Shown here: piece by piece, positions 63,666 through 64,000 of the stretch
Position numbering within the stretch: position 1 is the stretch's first letter
Layout: each line of letters begins with the position of its first letter
NCBI RefSeq assembly: GCF_035084215.1
Contig: NC_090348.1
Span: forward strand, 39,494,001 to 39,558,000
Reading direction: 5' to 3'
Source: Heptranchias perlo
Taxonomy: Eukaryota
DNA length: 64,000 bases
Position numbers and translations under genes: made by a program
Notes under the pieces: model-generated
What the model was told of the DNA's origin: nothing
Database searches by the model: none
Seen by the model: the letters and a program-made list of their open reading frames with translations, nothing else

Positions 63666-63924
63666 TAGGATTGTCAACCCTCCATGATTGTCCTAGAGTC
63701 TCCTCCTGGACCCTGCTGCGAGCAAACCCAGGAGAAAAAAGAATCATGGGGGGCATTAAAAAAGATTGTGTATTTTTGTCATTTTACTTCGAACACTTTT
63801 GTTTATTTGTTATTAAAATATTGGAGATGGAATAAAGGCTGTTTGACTGGGCAGAGCAGTCGGAAGCGGGAGGTCATGTGGTGAAACCTCCAGGAATACG
63901 TCCAACCAGAGTTGACGAGCCTAG
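63666..63924. mobile_element. hAT-like MITE
   Basis: Homologous to 28202-28466 (TAGGATTGTCAACCCTCC..GTTGACGAGCCTAG). Confidence 0.7.
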
Positions 63925-64000
63925 CAAGTAGGCAGAGTGGCGTCTGGCACTGCTGCTCCACAACCACAACCTGGTGCACTAAAGCACCCACGGGTGACTT

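Larger units (their letters stand above)
6725..64000 (+). other. Probable long 5' intron of the CELF2-like gene
   Basis: No RRM-encoding exon or recognisable next CELF2 exon found downstream. The sequence is repeats plus unique non-coding blocks. Confidence 0.6.

Overview
Eukaryotic, repeat-rich vertebrate genomic DNA. The repeat landscape (CR1 and L2 LINEs, Deu-type tRNA SINEs, Penelope-like elements, Harbinger- and hAT-like MITEs) points to a cartilaginous fish (shark); this is inference. The only host-gene coding sequence I can support is two short, tandem, phase-2 alternative first exons at 6041-6138 and 6672-6724 (+). The second (MVSVISELDSLESWKVL-R/S) closely matches, from memory, the distal N-terminus of the RNA-binding protein CELF2 (MVSLISDLDSLRGWKALR). 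The rest of the window looks like one long 5' intron with AT/homeobox-rich unique blocks and nested mobile elements. Notable structures: a 5'-truncated Penelope-like element with a GIY-YIG ORF and a minimal hammerhead motif; a separate 186-bp perfect palindrome made of that element's terminus, with a 12-bp target-site duplication; a 1.08-kb solo LTR with a 4-bp TSD and an internal 27-bp tandem array; several candidate cryptic CELF exons; and an unexplained ~1.6-kb block at 52.8-54.4 kb. I see no prokaryotic-type system. Most ORFs in the supplied track are spurious or repeat-derived. Repeat boundaries are approximate and family names come from recognition, not database searches.
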